Shown: positions 37,409 to 47,555, counted from the stretch's first letter. The stretch is 64,000 nucleotides of DNA from Candidatus Iainarchaeum sp. (GCA_017610175.1 JAFCCO010000001.1:1-64000); one strand, 5' to 3'. Numbers and translations: made by a program. The notes: generated from the letters alone by a model not told the origin.

Positions 37409-37464
37409 ATAGTTTTTCACCTCGTTGGGAATTAATAAATAGAAAAAAAAGAGAAAAAGCTGAT

Positions 37465-38844
37465 TTACTGGACGCCTTTCCTCTGGTTTCTTGCCACAAC
37501 AAACGCGTATGCAATTATCAGCAATGCGACAACCATTAGCCCTGCAACCGTGTTTTGGTTTCCGAGAACTGCAAAGCCTGAGCCTGCAATTGCCCCGATT
37601 ATCTGCTGCTGGACTGTTTCCTCTTCCTCTGGTTCCTGGTTCTGCACTGGCTCTTCGTTTTGCTGTGTTTGCTGTGGAACTGTCTGCTGTACTGTTCCAA
37701 TAATTCTTGTGCTGTTCTTTGTGAGGCAGTTGCCTGCGTCAATTTCGTAGTATAGCGTGCTTGCGCTGTCTGCACTTACCTCAATTTGGTATGCGTTGCT
37801 CTTGAATCCTGAGGGGATTGAAAGCAACTGCGGCTCAACCCTTAAGCCGTTTCCGTAGAATCGAATGCTTGCCCTGAATGGGGTGTTGTTCTCAATTCTA
37901 AGTGAAACTTCTCCCCTTTCGTTGATTTCCTGTGTTGATGGTGCGGTGAAAATGAATCCGCTGCAGTAGGGGCTGTAAACCGGGAGTGAAGGGGTTGAGT
38001 CTATGAATGTAGCCTCTTCCTTTTCCTCAATGTTTACATAAAAGTCCCTTGCGTTCTGCTCAAGTGTGCATGTTGCTTCGTCTTGGAAATGGCCCCTTAC
38101 CTTAATGTATGCTTTTTCGCGGCCTTCCTCTGCGTCACTGTAAGCCTTTACTTCCACTCCAATTGTGCCCACGCTGTTTGAGTATATTGTTCTGTCATAT
38201 CCGTCGCTGTCTGACCTGATTTCTGAGCTGTTGTCGTATACGTCAACAAAGTCGATGTAGAATCTTTCATTTGCCCTGTTTTCGAGCGTAAATTCCTTGT
38301 TGACGGTTTTTCCTGCCTCAACCTTTACTGTGCTTGTTCCAAGCTCCAACTCATCACATTGTGGCCTGCCGTAAAAGTTGCCTTCCCCGTCGTTGTCCCA
38401 GTTGTCCTCTTCAACATCTATGTCAAAGTATTCCTTTCCGATTTCTGAGAAGCTGCAGTATTCGCCGTTTCCCTCAAATCTTCCCTTTAGTTCAATGCTT
38501 GCGTTAATTGTGTCGTCGTGGGTGAAGTTTTCGGTTTCAACCCTGATTCTGATTGTTTCCTCGTCATCCTCGTCAATTTCTGACGGGGTTCTGTTTACGC
38601 TGAGCCTGATTCTTGAATCGGCTGGCTCTTCGCTTAGCCTTACTGTTTCAACGTCAAAGTCCCTGTCCTCATAATTGTAAACTGTGAACTCAAAGTATTC
38701 CACTGTGTCCTCTGAAATAGTAATGTCCTCTGCATAAATTCTGATGTCTGAACAGTTTTCTCCTGAGGCACTCACGCCGCTTAAAAACAAGAGCAAAGTG
38801 AGCGCTATGATTGTGCGCTGAATAAGTTGGTTCATCATATTCAT
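37465..38844 (-). CDS. Acidic cell-surface protein with tandem Ig-like repeats and C-terminal membrane anchor
   Basis: Signal peptide ...LSGVSA; two or three Cys-bracketed beta-rich repeats; Q/E/P linker; TM helix plus basic tail. Confidence 0.85.
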   Translation of the reverse strand: MNMMNQLIQRTIIALTLLLFLSGVSASGENCSDIRIYAEDITISEDTVEYFEFTVYNYEDRDFDVETVRLSEEPADSRIRLSVNRTPSEIDEDDEETIRIRVETENFTHDDTINASIELKGRFEGNGEYCSFSEIGKEYFDIDVEEDNWDNDGEGNFYGRPQCDELELGTSTVKVEAGKTVNKEFTLENRANERFYIDFVDVYDNSSEIRSDSDGYDRTIYSNSVGTIGVEVKAYSDAEEGREKAYIKVRGHFQDEATCTLEQNARDFYVNIEEKEEATFIDSTPSLPVYSPYCSGFIFTAPSTQEINERGEVSLRIENNTPFRASIRFYGNGLRVEPQLLSIPSGFKSNAYQIEVSADSASTLYYEIDAGNCLTKNSTRIIGTVQQTVPQQTQQNEEPVQNQEPEEEETVQQQIIGAIAGSGFAVLGNQNTVAGLMVVALLIIAYAFVVARNQRKGVQ

Positions 38845-38871
38845 TTGTGCCCGAACTAGTATTTAAAGGTT

Positions 38872-38891
38872 ACTAATTCACGTAAATTAGT
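38872..38891. promoter_or_regulatory. Palindromic operator candidate next to a TATA box
   Basis: ACTAATT-CACGTA-AATTAGT adjacent to TTTAAATA upstream of the surface-protein gene. Confidence 0.4.
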
Positions 38892-38901
38892 TAATTTAAG
38901 C

Positions 38902-38956
38902 CTGTTTTTTTGGGTTTTTGCCAGGGTGCTGCAACTGGCAGGCTCCCAAAAAACAG
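38902..38956. other. Long stem-loop downstream of rtcB
   Basis: CTGTTTTTTTGGG..TGCCAG / CTGGCA..CCCAAAAAACAG. Confidence 0.6.
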
Positions 38957-38964
38957 TGATTAAT

Positions 38965-40395
38965 TCAGCCCTTCATTACCGCAAGCGGAACGTGCTTTGA
39001 AACCTTTTTTCCAATCCCGCTTGCCTCAACACTTGCAATAACCTCTTCAACATCCTTGTATGCTTCAGGCATTTCCTCTGCAAGCCCTGACAACGACTTT
39101 CCCTTAATAATTTCTCCCTTTTCCTCAAGCTCTTTTTTTACCTGGTCGCCCCTCTTAAGTTTCATTGCAGCATGCCTTGACATTGTTCTCCCCGCCCCGT
39201 GCGCAACGCTTCCAAAGGTTTCCTTTAGCCCAGTTTGTGTCCCTACAAGAACGTAGGATGAGGTTCCCATCGTTCCTGGGATAAGTGCAGGGTGCCCTGT
39301 TTTCATGAATTCTGCTGGATTCTCTTCTCGCCCTGCCGGCATTGCCCTTGTTGCGCCCTTTCTGTGGACAAGGAGTTTTTTCTGCTCGCCGTTAATTTCA
39401 TGCATTTCCTCTTTTGCAACATTGTGGCATATGTCGTAGAGCAGTTCCATTCCAAGCGATTCAGCATCCCGCCCTATCACTTTCTCAAAGCTTTCTCTGA
39501 CCCAGTGCATTATCACCTGGCGGTTGCAGAAAGCGTAGTTTACGGCGCACTTCATTGCTTTGAGGTAATCCTGCCCTTCCTTGCTTTGGATTGGGGCACA
39601 GCAGAGCTGCTTGTCGGGAACGTTGATTCCGTACTTGTTCATCGCGCTAACCATTGTGTTCAGGTGGTCTGTTGCAACCTGGTGCCCGAAGCCGCGGCTT
39701 CCGCAGTGAATCATTATGGTAATCTGGCCCTGCTCCAGCCCGAATTTTTCCGCAATTTCCTTGTCAAATATGTCGCTTACTTTCTGGATTTCAAGGAAGT
39801 GGTTTCCTGAACCTAGCGTTCCAAACTGGGGCATTCCGCGGTGCAGTGCCTTGTCTGAAACCTTGGAGGCGTCAGCCCCGTCCATTTTCCCGTTTTCCTC
39901 GGTGTGCTTTAAATCGCGCTCCCATCCGTATCCGCGCTCAACAACGTAGGATGCTCCCTGCTCTAGAGCCTGCTTTAATTCATCTTCGCTGAGCCTTAGC
40001 TTGCTTTTTCCACCGACTCCTGCAGGGATTGCCCCGAACATTTCGTTTATCAGGTCCCGCAAATGAGGCTTGATTTCTTTTTCGGTTAAATTTGTTTTAA
40101 CCAAACGGACGCCGCAGTTTATGTCAAAACCAATGCCGCCAGGGCTAACAACTCCCTTTTCGTAATCGATTGCAGCAACCCCTCCTATGGGGAATCCGTA
40201 GCCCCAATGGCAGTCCGGGAGGGCTATGCTGTATTTTTGTATTCCTGGGAGGTAGGCAACGTTTTTTACCTGTTGAAGTGCGCCTGCTTCAATCTCGCTT
40301 GTAAGCTTTTCTGTCCCGTAAATTCTTGCCGGGACAAGCATTCCCTCTTCCTTGGGCAGTTCGAAAATAGCTTCGGAAATTTTTTTCATTTCCAT
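38965..40395 (-). CDS. rtcB: RtcB tRNA-splicing/RNA ligase
   Basis: PDCHWGYGFPIGG, GFDINCG, GSGNHFLE, HCGSRG, HN, HRKGATR, HGAGR, EE.PEAYK; no intein. Confidence 0.98.
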   Translation of the reverse strand: MEMKKISEAIFELPKEEGMLVPARIYGTEKLTSEIEAGALQQVKNVAYLPGIQKYSIALPDCHWGYGFPIGGVAAIDYEKGVVSPGGIGFDINCGVRLVKTNLTEKEIKPHLRDLINEMFGAIPAGVGGKSKLRLSEDELKQALEQGASYVVERGYGWERDLKHTEENGKMDGADASKVSDKALHRGMPQFGTLGSGNHFLEIQKVSDIFDKEIAEKFGLEQGQITIMIHCGSRGFGHQVATDHLNTMVSAMNKYGINVPDKQLCCAPIQSKEGQDYLKAMKCAVNYAFCNRQVIMHWVRESFEKVIGRDAESLGMELLYDICHNVAKEEMHEINGEQKKLLVHRKGATRAMPAGREENPAEFMKTGHPALIPGTMGTSSYVLVGTQTGLKETFGSVAHGAGRTMSRHAAMKLKRGDQVKKELEEKGEIIKGKSLSGLAEEMPEAYKDVEEVIASVEASGIGKKVSKHVPLAVMKG

Positions 40396-40407
40396 TTTTT
40401 TATCACC

Positions 40408-40830
40408 TTATATGTCAAGTAATACCCTCGAAACCCATTTATTTCCTTCTTTTTTGACGGAAAACTGGTTCCAGGTAACTGCCTTTATTTCCGAGCGGGG
40501 TTCGTGCCTTTCTGCGTCAAATTCCTCCCCCTCCAACTCTGCTTTTGCATAATTCCTGCCCTCGTCCAGCTCAAGAACCCTTATTTTGGAGAATGCGAGT
40601 TCTTTTGCGTGGAGTTCGAAGAGAATTGAATCCAATAAATTATGTAGAAGTTCCTCCGGGTTTTTGCCCTCTGCCTCTACTGTGAGCTTGGTTTTTCCCT
40701 CAACCTTTTCGGGGTTGTACATTACTGTGCACATTGCTTTTGCTGAGTTCTCAAAAAGTTCTGAAAGGTTTTCCCCGAATGCTTCAAATAGTGCGTCTGC
40801 AGTGTGTTCGAGGAACCTAAATCCTTTCAC
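40408..40830 (-). CDS. Archease
   Basis: EHTAD, EIKAVT, C-terminal LDI; adjacent to rtcB. Confidence 0.96.
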   Translation of the reverse strand: MKGFRFLEHTADALFEAFGENLSELFENSAKAMCTVMYNPEKVEGKTKLTVEAEGKNPEELLHNLLDSILFELHAKELAFSKIRVLELDEGRNYAKAELEGEEFDAERHEPRSEIKAVTWNQFSVKKEGNKWVSRVLLDI

Positions 40831-41702
40831 TACAGCACCCTTGAAAGGTCCATTATTTTTACATAGTCCTCAAGAGCTCTTTTTGTGTAGTCGTTGAGTT
40901 TCAGTTCCTTCAATGCAAGATTTGGCTTCATCCATTTGAATTCGGTGCCCTCTCGCTTGTCAAGCGTTACCTTTGTGTCCTTTGCCTTTGCAAGGTAGTC
41001 AATCATTACAAAGTGCTTTCTCTTGTGGAACTTTGTTGGAAAGATTGCGTCGTGCAGTGTAAAGAGTTTTTCATCGTGGATTTCCATTCCTGTTTCCTCT
41101 TTAACTTCCCTTCTCAAAGCATCAAGCCTTGTTTCGCCCTTTTCAATGTGCCCGCCTGGGACACTGTATAGGTCATTCCACTTCGGGCTCTTCATCAAAA
41201 AGATCTCGTTCTTTTCGTTAAAAATTAATGCTCCAACAACCGGTTCAGGAAAGCCCACTTCAATTGAGTCAATTTTTTCCACGCGATGTTTGTGCCTTTC
41301 GCCTTCTTTCTTTTCTCCGTGGAATGTGCTGTTCAAAAATATTTTCACAAGGTTTAGTGCGTCTCCCTTTTCAAGAACGCGTCCGCCCAGGCAAATCACG
41401 TTGGCGTTGTTGTGTTCCTTTGCGGCTTTTGCGGAGAACTCGTCCCATATTACCGCGGCGCGAATTCCTGCAACCTTGTTTGCTGCAATGCTCATCCCGA
41501 TTCCAGTGCCGCAGCAAAGTATTCCAACAGACTCCTTGTCATCTGCAACCTCTTTGGCCACTTTTTCTGCAAAATCAGGGTAGTCACAGCTTTCCTCCGA
41601 ACCGCATCCAAGGTCCTTTACTTTGTTGTCATTTTCAAGGCCTTTTTTGATGAACTCCTTGAGTTCAAATCCGCCGTGGTCTGATGCCAGTATTATATCC
41701 AT
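40830..41702 (-). CDS. rpiB: Ribose-5-phosphate isomerase B fused to a Nudix hydrolase
   Basis: N-half SDHGG, DYPD, CGTGIGMSIAANK, EHNNAN, RH..RV.KI; C-half Nudix box GGHIEKGETRLDALRREVKEETG; single frame. Confidence 0.92.
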   Translation of the reverse strand: MDIILASDHGGFELKEFIKKGLENDNKVKDLGCGSEESCDYPDFAEKVAKEVADDKESVGILCCGTGIGMSIAANKVAGIRAAVIWDEFSAKAAKEHNNANVICLGGRVLEKGDALNLVKIFLNSTFHGEKKEGERHKHRVEKIDSIEVGFPEPVVGALIFNEKNEIFLMKSPKWNDLYSVPGGHIEKGETRLDALRREVKEETGMEIHDEKLFTLHDAIFPTKFHKRKHFVMIDYLAKAKDTKVTLDKREGTEFKWMKPNLALKELKLNDYTKRALEDYVKIMDLSRVL

Positions 41703-41778
41703 TTGGGGAACACCTTTTGAATTATTTTGTGCAAAGCGATGCTTAAAAATAAATGCGTTTTTGGGAGAAAAGGAGGGC

Positions 41779-42087
41779 TTATTCTTTGAGCTCTATTTCA
41801 ACGTGCACTGCTTCAGGGATTTCTACCCTCATTATTCTGCGAAGTGTCCTTTCGTCGGCTTCAATGTCCACAAGCCTTTTGTGTATGCGCAATTGCCACC
41901 TTTCGTAGGTTTCTGTTCCGCCTCCGCATGGGCTTTTTCTGGTTGGCACAATTAGTTTTTTGGTTGGGAGAGGTATTGCTCCTGAGTGCTTTACGCCTGT
42001 TCTTTCCGCAACCTCGAGAATTCTATTTGCAATCTCGGTTAATTGCTTGTAGTCCGGGCTTGTTAGCTTTATTCTTGCTTTTTGCAT
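41779..42087 (-). CDS. rps10: 30S ribosomal protein S10
   Basis: PLPTK, RKSPCG.GT.T...W..RIHKRL. Confidence 0.97.
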   Translation of the reverse strand: MQKARIKLTSPDYKQLTEIANRILEVAERTGVKHSGAIPLPTKKLIVPTRKSPCGGGTETYERWQLRIHKRLVDIEADERTLRRIMRVEIPEAVHVEIELKE

Positions 42088-42113
42088 TTTCAATACCTCT
42101 GCTTACCAAAATT

Positions 42114-42162
42114 TAAAAAAAATGGAAAATTGGAAAGCAATAACAACACTGCTTTCCTTTCC
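42114..42162 (-). terminator. Hairpin plus poly-U between EF-1a and S10
   Basis: GGAAAGCA/TGCTTTCC stem followed by an 8-T run. Confidence 0.55.
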
Positions 42163-42173
42163 CTGTGTTCTAT

Positions 42174-43448
42174 TTATTTCTTTTCCCTTGGGGTTATTGA
42201 CAGTACAATTCCTGCTGCAACTGTCTGCCCCATGTCCCTTATTGCAAAGCGACCGAGCTGTGGGAATTTCTTGTATTCTTCAAGAACCACTGGCTTGGTT
42301 GGCACAATCTTTACGATTGCTGCGTCGCCTGTTTTCAGGAACTTAGGGTTTTCCTCTTTAACCTGCCCTGTCTTGGGGTCAAGTTTCTTCTGGATTTCAG
42401 TTATCGTGCATGACAACTGAGCTGTGTGCATGTGGAACACAGGTGTGTAGCCCACTGGGATTGCGGTCGGGTGTGACAATACAACAATTTGTGCTATAAA
42501 GTCCTTTACGATTGTTGGAGGGTCGCTCACGTGTCCGATTACGTCCCCTCTTGCAATGTCTCCCTTGCCAATTCCCCTTACGTTAAAGCCAACGTTGTCG
42601 CCTGGCTTTGCTTCGGGGAGCTGCTCGTGGTGCATTTCAATTGTTTTTACTTCGGTTGTTACGCCTGGCGGGTTAATTATTACCTTGTCGCCTGGCTTTA
42701 GGATTCCTGTCTCAACCCTTCCTACCGGGACAACTCCAACACCTTTGATGTTGTAAACGTCTTGGATTGGAAGCCTGAGTGGCTTGCCTGTTGGAAGCTC
42801 TGATGCTTTGAATTCGTCTAAAGCATCCATGAGTGTAGATCCTTTATGCCATGTCATCTTTTCACTTTTCTTGACGACATTGTCGCCAACCCAAGCCGAG
42901 ACCGGGATAAATTGGATCATGTTTTCCTTAAAGCCAACGCCTGTAAGGAGTTTTTTCATTGAGTCCTGGACTTCTTTGAATTTTGCCTCTTCGAAGTTGA
43001 CTTCGTCCATTTTGTTGATTGCGACGATTATCTGCTTCAGGCCCATGACCTGTGCAAGGAATGCGTGCTCCTTTGTCTGGGGCTGCACTCCCTCTTTAGC
43101 TGCAACAACCAAAACGGCTGCGTCAGCCTGTGAGGTTCCTGTAATCATGTTCTTTACAAAGTCTTTGTGTCCTGGGGCATCAATTATGGTAAAGTTGTTT
43201 TTCTTGCCCTCAAATCTCTTGTAGGCAACGTCGATTGTTACACCGCGCTCCCTTTCTTCCTTCAGGTTGTCCATTGCGTAAGCGAAGGCAAAGGTTCCTT
43301 TTCCCCTTTCCTGTGCTTCTGCTTCAAGCTTCCTGTACTCCTGCTCTGACAAAGCGCCCGAGTCGTAAAGGAGCCTTCCGACAAGTGTGCTTTTGCCGTG
43401 GTCGACGTGACCAATGAATACTAAGTTCAAGTGTGGTTTTTCTGCCAT
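42174..43448 (-). CDS. tuf: Elongation factor 1-alpha
   Basis: [45 protein letters not shown]. Confidence 0.98.
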   Translation of the reverse strand: MAEKPHLNLVFIGHVDHGKSTLVGRLLYDSGALSEQEYRKLEAEAQERGKGTFAFAYAMDNLKEERERGVTIDVAYKRFEGKKNNFTIIDAPGHKDFVKNMITGTSQADAAVLVVAAKEGVQPQTKEHAFLAQVMGLKQIIVAINKMDEVNFEEAKFKEVQDSMKKLLTGVGFKENMIQFIPVSAWVGDNVVKKSEKMTWHKGSTLMDALDEFKASELPTGKPLRLPIQDVYNIKGVGVVPVGRVETGILKPGDKVIINPPGVTTEVKTIEMHHEQLPEAKPGDNVGFNVRGIGKGDIARGDVIGHVSDPPTIVKDFIAQIVVLSHPTAIPVGYTPVFHMHTAQLSCTITEIQKKLDPKTGQVKEENPKFLKTGDAAIVKIVPTKPVVLEEYKKFPQLGRFAIRDMGQTVAAGIVLSITPREKK

Positions 43449-43571
43449 TTCAATTACCTCCAATTATTAATTCGCCACCAATTCTTTCACTGGGGAAATT
43501 GGAAACCACTATTTATGATTTCCCCCCTGAAAACCTTTAAAAATCAATGCTTTAAGCCGTTTTAACCCTCT

Positions 43572-45764
43572 TTACTCCAGGAAAAAGTTGGCCGACTTAA
43601 CTGTCGAGTCCATGCCTTTTCTCTTTCTGACTTCCTCTGTCACCTGCTTTTGCAGTTCTTTTGGGAGTTGTTCGTAGCCTGCGTATTCCGCGGTCCAGAT
43701 TGCCCTTCCCTGGGTTGCTCCCCTAATGTCAGCAGAGAACCCAATGAGCTCTTTTACAGGTGCTTTGGCTATAATTATTGTTGTGTCGCCTTCAGTGTTC
43801 ATTTCAGTAATCTGGGTTCTTTTTGAGCCCAGTTCCTTTGTTACCGCACCCATGTAGTCCTGTGGGACCGAAATTGTCAGTGTTTGCTTTGGTTCCTTTA
43901 GGATTGGGTTTGCTGAAAGCATGCAGGCGTAAATTGTTCTTGTTGTCAGCGGGAGAATCTGTGCAGGCCCTCTGTGGATTGCGTCCTCGTGAAGGGTTGC
44001 GTCCTCAATGTACACAATAACTCCCATGCAATTTTCTTTTGCAAGTGGGCCGTTTTCCATTGCGTCGCTGAATCCCTGTATTACAAGTTCACGGATTTCG
44101 TGCAGTGCAACAATTCCCCTTGTTGTGTCAACAAGAAGGTTGTTGTTGTGCACAGCCCAGACCTTTCTTGATGTGTCCCGTCCAAATCCGCATTCTTCAA
44201 ATTGTGCAATCATTGCGGGGTCCTTTGGCTTTACTTTGCCCTGGATTTTCTTTTCCGCAAGTTTTTCAAACTGTTCCTGTGGCATGGGTTCAACGCTCAT
44301 TTTAAACTTGTTGTGCTTGTTTGGGCTTTTTCCCTCCAAAACCGGCGATTCTGCTGTTACGGTTTCCCTGTACACAACAATTGGCGGGCTCACGATGATT
44401 GGAATTTTGTGGTCGTGCTCAATTCTGTGCTGGGTAACTTCCAGGTGAAGCTCTCCCATTCCGGAAATAAGGTGTTCGCCTGTTTCCTGGTTTAAGCTGG
44501 CCACAACATTGGGGTCTTCTTTTGTAATTTGCCTGATAACTTCAATCAGTTTTGGCAAATCCTTTGTCTGCTTTGCTTCAACGCTTACGGTCATTACCGG
44601 TTCGGTTGAGCTCTTAAAGCTTTCAAACGGCAATATGTCCTGGCTTCCAAGTGTTTCTCCTGTAAAAACCTCTTTTAGGCCGACAATGCATGCAATGTTT
44701 CCCGCAGGCACCTCGTCAACAGTTACCCTTTCAGGGCCCATAAAGACTCCAACCTGCTGTATTGCAATTTCTTTCTTGCTTGTGATAAGTTTTACTTTAA
44801 GGCCTTGCTTCATTGTTCCTGAGTAAACACGGCCTGTTGCAATGTCTCCTGCGTGCGGGTCAACGCTGACATTCGTTACCATCATTGCAAATGGCCCTGT
44901 TTCATCGCATGTAAGCATTGCTTTTCCTGTTGCACTCTCTGCTTCCCCTTTCCAGATGTTTGGAATCCTGTATTTCTGTGCATCAATTGGGTTGGGGAGG
45001 TGGTTAATTACCATCTCAAGTATTGCTTTGTAAAGCGGGCTCTTTACTGCAAGCTCTTTTTGGGTGTCCTCTTTCATGTGCCTGTACACATCGGAGAAAC
45101 CGATTTTTGTTGCCTGCATCATGGGAACACTTACTGCCCAATTGTAGTATGCCGAACCAAATGCCACGCTTCCGTCTTCAACCTTAACGTTCCACTGTCC
45201 CTTTAATTTTTCAGGGGCGTTCTTGCTTATGAGGTTGTTTACTTTTGCAATTGTTTTGATAAATCTTTCCTGCATCTGCTTTTCGTCAAGCTGCAGTTCA
45301 CTAATTAGCCTGTCAACCTTGTTTATGAAAAGTGTTGGCTTTACGTTTTCCTTTAACGCCTGCCTGATAACTGTTTCTGTCTGGGGCATTGTTCCTTCCA
45401 CTGCGTCAACAACAACAATAACACCGTCAACGGCCCTCATTGCCCTGATGACGTCTCCGCCAAAGTCAACGTGTCCAGGGGTGTCAATTACGTTAATTAG
45501 GTATTTGTTGTCTTCGTATTCGTGAACAAGTGAAATGTTTGCCGCGTTGATTGTGATTCCTCTTTCCTGCTCAAGCTCGTATGAGTCCATGAAAAGCTGC
45601 TTTCCGGCAAGTTCTTTGCTGATTAATCCGGCTGCAGCAATGAGGTTGTCTGTCATTGTTGTTTTGCCGTGATCGATGTGTGCAACGATTCCGATGTTTC
45701 TGATATTTTTCCTGTTGCTCATAAGAGAGCTTGCAAGCTTAACCATTTCTTCTTTTCTGCCCAT
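43572..45764 (-). CDS. fusA: Elongation factor 2
   Basis: AHIDHGKTT, RGITI, DTPGHVDF, GMGELHLE, SPNKHN, HEDAIHRGPAQ diphthamide loop. Confidence 0.98.
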   Translation of the reverse strand: MGRKEEMVKLASSLMSNRKNIRNIGIVAHIDHGKTTMTDNLIAAAGLISKELAGKQLFMDSYELEQERGITINAANISLVHEYEDNKYLINVIDTPGHVDFGGDVIRAMRAVDGVIVVVDAVEGTMPQTETVIRQALKENVKPTLFINKVDRLISELQLDEKQMQERFIKTIAKVNNLISKNAPEKLKGQWNVKVEDGSVAFGSAYYNWAVSVPMMQATKIGFSDVYRHMKEDTQKELAVKSPLYKAILEMVINHLPNPIDAQKYRIPNIWKGEAESATGKAMLTCDETGPFAMMVTNVSVDPHAGDIATGRVYSGTMKQGLKVKLITSKKEIAIQQVGVFMGPERVTVDEVPAGNIACIVGLKEVFTGETLGSQDILPFESFKSSTEPVMTVSVEAKQTKDLPKLIEVIRQITKEDPNVVASLNQETGEHLISGMGELHLEVTQHRIEHDHKIPIIVSPPIVVYRETVTAESPVLEGKSPNKHNKFKMSVEPMPQEQFEKLAEKKIQGKVKPKDPAMIAQFEECGFGRDTSRKVWAVHNNNLLVDTTRGIVALHEIRELVIQGFSDAMENGPLAKENCMGVIVYIEDATLHEDAIHRGPAQILPLTTRTIYACMLSANPILKEPKQTLTISVPQDYMGAVTKELGSKRTQITEMNTEGDTTIIIAKAPVKELIGFSADIRGATQGRAIWTAEYAGYEQLPKELQKQVTEEVRKRKGMDSTVKSANFFLE

Positions 45765-45775
45765 TAGATCACCTA

Positions 45776-46378
45776 TTATCTCGATGCTTTTGCTATCCTT
45801 TCAACTTCGTCTCTTCTTTTCACGCTAAAGCTCTTGTTGTCTTCCTTTGATGCAAGAATCAGTTCTTCTGCAAGAGCTGTTGGGGCGTCAAGTTTCTTGT
45901 TGAATGATGCTGCAAATCCTGAAATTGCGATATTTTTTAATGATTCGTCAACGCGTGTGAGTGGTGCAACGTCTACTGCCTGGCTGTAAACTATTCCGCC
46001 CTTCTTTACCCTTGTTACGTCCTCTCTTGGGGCTGCGTTTTCAATTGCTTTAACAAGGACCTGTAGAGGATTCTCGTTTGTTTTGGCTTCAATAATTTCA
46101 AATGCCTTTTCAACTATTTCCATAGCCTGAAGTTTTTTTCCGCAGCTTCCCCTTCCTCTTATATATTTTCCGGAGAGTTTTCTTTTTCCCTGGCCGCTTC
46201 TCATAATCTTGTTCACAAGCCTTTCAACGATGTTAATGTTTCCCTTGTCAAACCTTTTTTTTGCCTTTCGCCCGAATGTGTGGGGGAAGAGTTTTGAGTC
46301 AAGGCTTATGTATCTTGCAAGCCCGAGGTCTGAGATTTTTACCTCTGATGTGTCCCATTTGTCAAATGTCATGGTCAT
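45776..46378 (-). CDS. rps7: 30S ribosomal protein S7
   Basis: PHTFGR, IVERL.N, AIENAAPRE, VDVAP, ER.A..SR. Confidence 0.97.
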   Translation of the reverse strand: MTMTFDKWDTSEVKISDLGLARYISLDSKLFPHTFGRKAKKRFDKGNINIVERLVNKIMRSGQGKRKLSGKYIRGRGSCGKKLQAMEIVEKAFEIIEAKTNENPLQVLVKAIENAAPREDVTRVKKGGIVYSQAVDVAPLTRVDESLKNIAISGFAASFNKKLDAPTALAEELILASKEDNKSFSVKRRDEVERIAKASR

Positions 46379-46383
46379 TTCAA

Positions 46384-46812
46384 TTACCTCTTAACCTTCT
46401 CCTTTCTTCCTGACCTAAGCATTTCAAGCGCCTGGTTGTTTACGTGGGTTACGCGGTATTTCACGCCCCAAAGGTCGCCGTATGGTCCCTTTTGGGCCCC
46501 ACCGATTCCTTCAACAATGACTTCGTCGTGCTCGTCGATAAATTTTATTGCGCCGTCCTTTGGTGCAAGTGCGGTTAGCTGCTTTCCGTTTTTGATAAGC
46601 TGTACCCTAACGCATTTTCTGATTCCTGAGTTTGGCTGCTTTGCAGTAACTCCCCTTTTCTCTGTGACAATTCCTCTTGCCTGGGGGGATCCCTCGAGCA
46701 GGTCGTACTTAATGTCAAGGCCCATTTTCTTTCTCTTGTATTTGGGCTTTTTCCATCTCCATTTCTTTCTGTCTTTCTCGAGTTGTCTTCCTGCGAATTC
46801 TCCTTTTGCCAT
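46384..46812 (-). CDS. rps12: 30S ribosomal protein S12
   Basis: [33 protein letters not shown]. Confidence 0.97.
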   Translation of the reverse strand: MAKGEFAGRQLEKDRKKWRWKKPKYKRKKMGLDIKYDLLEGSPQARGIVTEKRGVTAKQPNSGIRKCVRVQLIKNGKQLTALAPKDGAIKFIDEHDEVIVEGIGGAQKGPYGDLWGVKYRVTHVNNQALEMLRSGRKEKVKR

Positions 46813-46817
46813 AAAAA

Positions 46818-47228
46818 TCACTTCAACCTAACTTCTTCCAATCCATAGTTCCTTTGAGCTATTTCCTTAATCCTCTTAAATTTTCCCATTGCGGTCAAAA
46901 CTTTTCTTTTCTCTCCGGCTTCAAGCAAAACAATTGCTTTCTTTTTGCCTTCGCCTTTGAGTTCCACTCCTTTTACTTTGACAGTGTAGAGGGCTTTTTT
47001 GAAAAATTCGCCGACATTTTCGGTGTAACCGAGAATCTCAACATTTTTCCTGAGCTTTTCCTTCAATGCCTTAACATTGCTTGCGTTCTTTCCTATTGCC
47101 TTTCCAACGTCGCGCCCTTTCACAAGAAACACAATGTTATTGCCTTGGACAACAACATCCCTTGCAACAACACGTGTGGCGCTGTTGAAGGTATTCATGT
47201 AAAAAATTTCGTCACTGCCTATTTTCAT
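46818..47228 (-). CDS. nusA: Archaeal NusA (KH domains)
   Basis: F.V....GKAIGK...NV; synteny between L30e and S12. Confidence 0.92.
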   Translation of the reverse strand: MKIGSDEIFYMNTFNSATRVVARDVVVQGNNIVFLVKGRDVGKAIGKNASNVKALKEKLRKNVEILGYTENVGEFFKKALYTVKVKGVELKGEGKKKAIVLLEAGEKRKVLTAMGKFKRIKEIAQRNYGLEEVRLK

Positions 47229-47242
47229 GCCACTGTTTCCCT

Positions 47243-47548
47243 TTATTCTTTCGCTGCATCAAGCACTTTGCTTTTTCCCTGTTCTTCAATGCTTAGCACC
47301 GAAACAACGAAGGGTTTCCCGCAAACGCTTCCAAGCTGCAATCCACTGCCCTTGAATTCGTATACCGGAACTTTGCTCACCATGCAAACTTGCTTGATTC
47401 TTTCCTTAAGCTGTGACTGAGCGTTTCCGCTTATAATAATTAACTTAGCAACACCCTTTAAAACACTTTTCTCGGCTTGCTGATTGCCGAATGTGACTTT
47501 TCCTGTGTCAACCGCCCTTCTTATTTCCCTTGAAACGTCCATTTTCAT
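47243..47548 (-). CDS. rpl30e: 50S ribosomal protein L30e
   Basis: AVDTGKV..G, LG..CGKPF.VS, G.S. Confidence 0.96.
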   Translation of the reverse strand: MKMDVSREIRRAVDTGKVTFGNQQAEKSVLKGVAKLIIISGNAQSQLKERIKQVCMVSKVPVYEFKGSGLQLGSVCGKPFVVSVLSIEEQGKSKVLDAAKE

Positions 47549-47555
47549 CCCTCTG

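Noticed and set aside
43960-44000. Possible loss of the EF-2 diphthamide site
   Set aside because: The HEDAIHRGPAQ motif is canonical.
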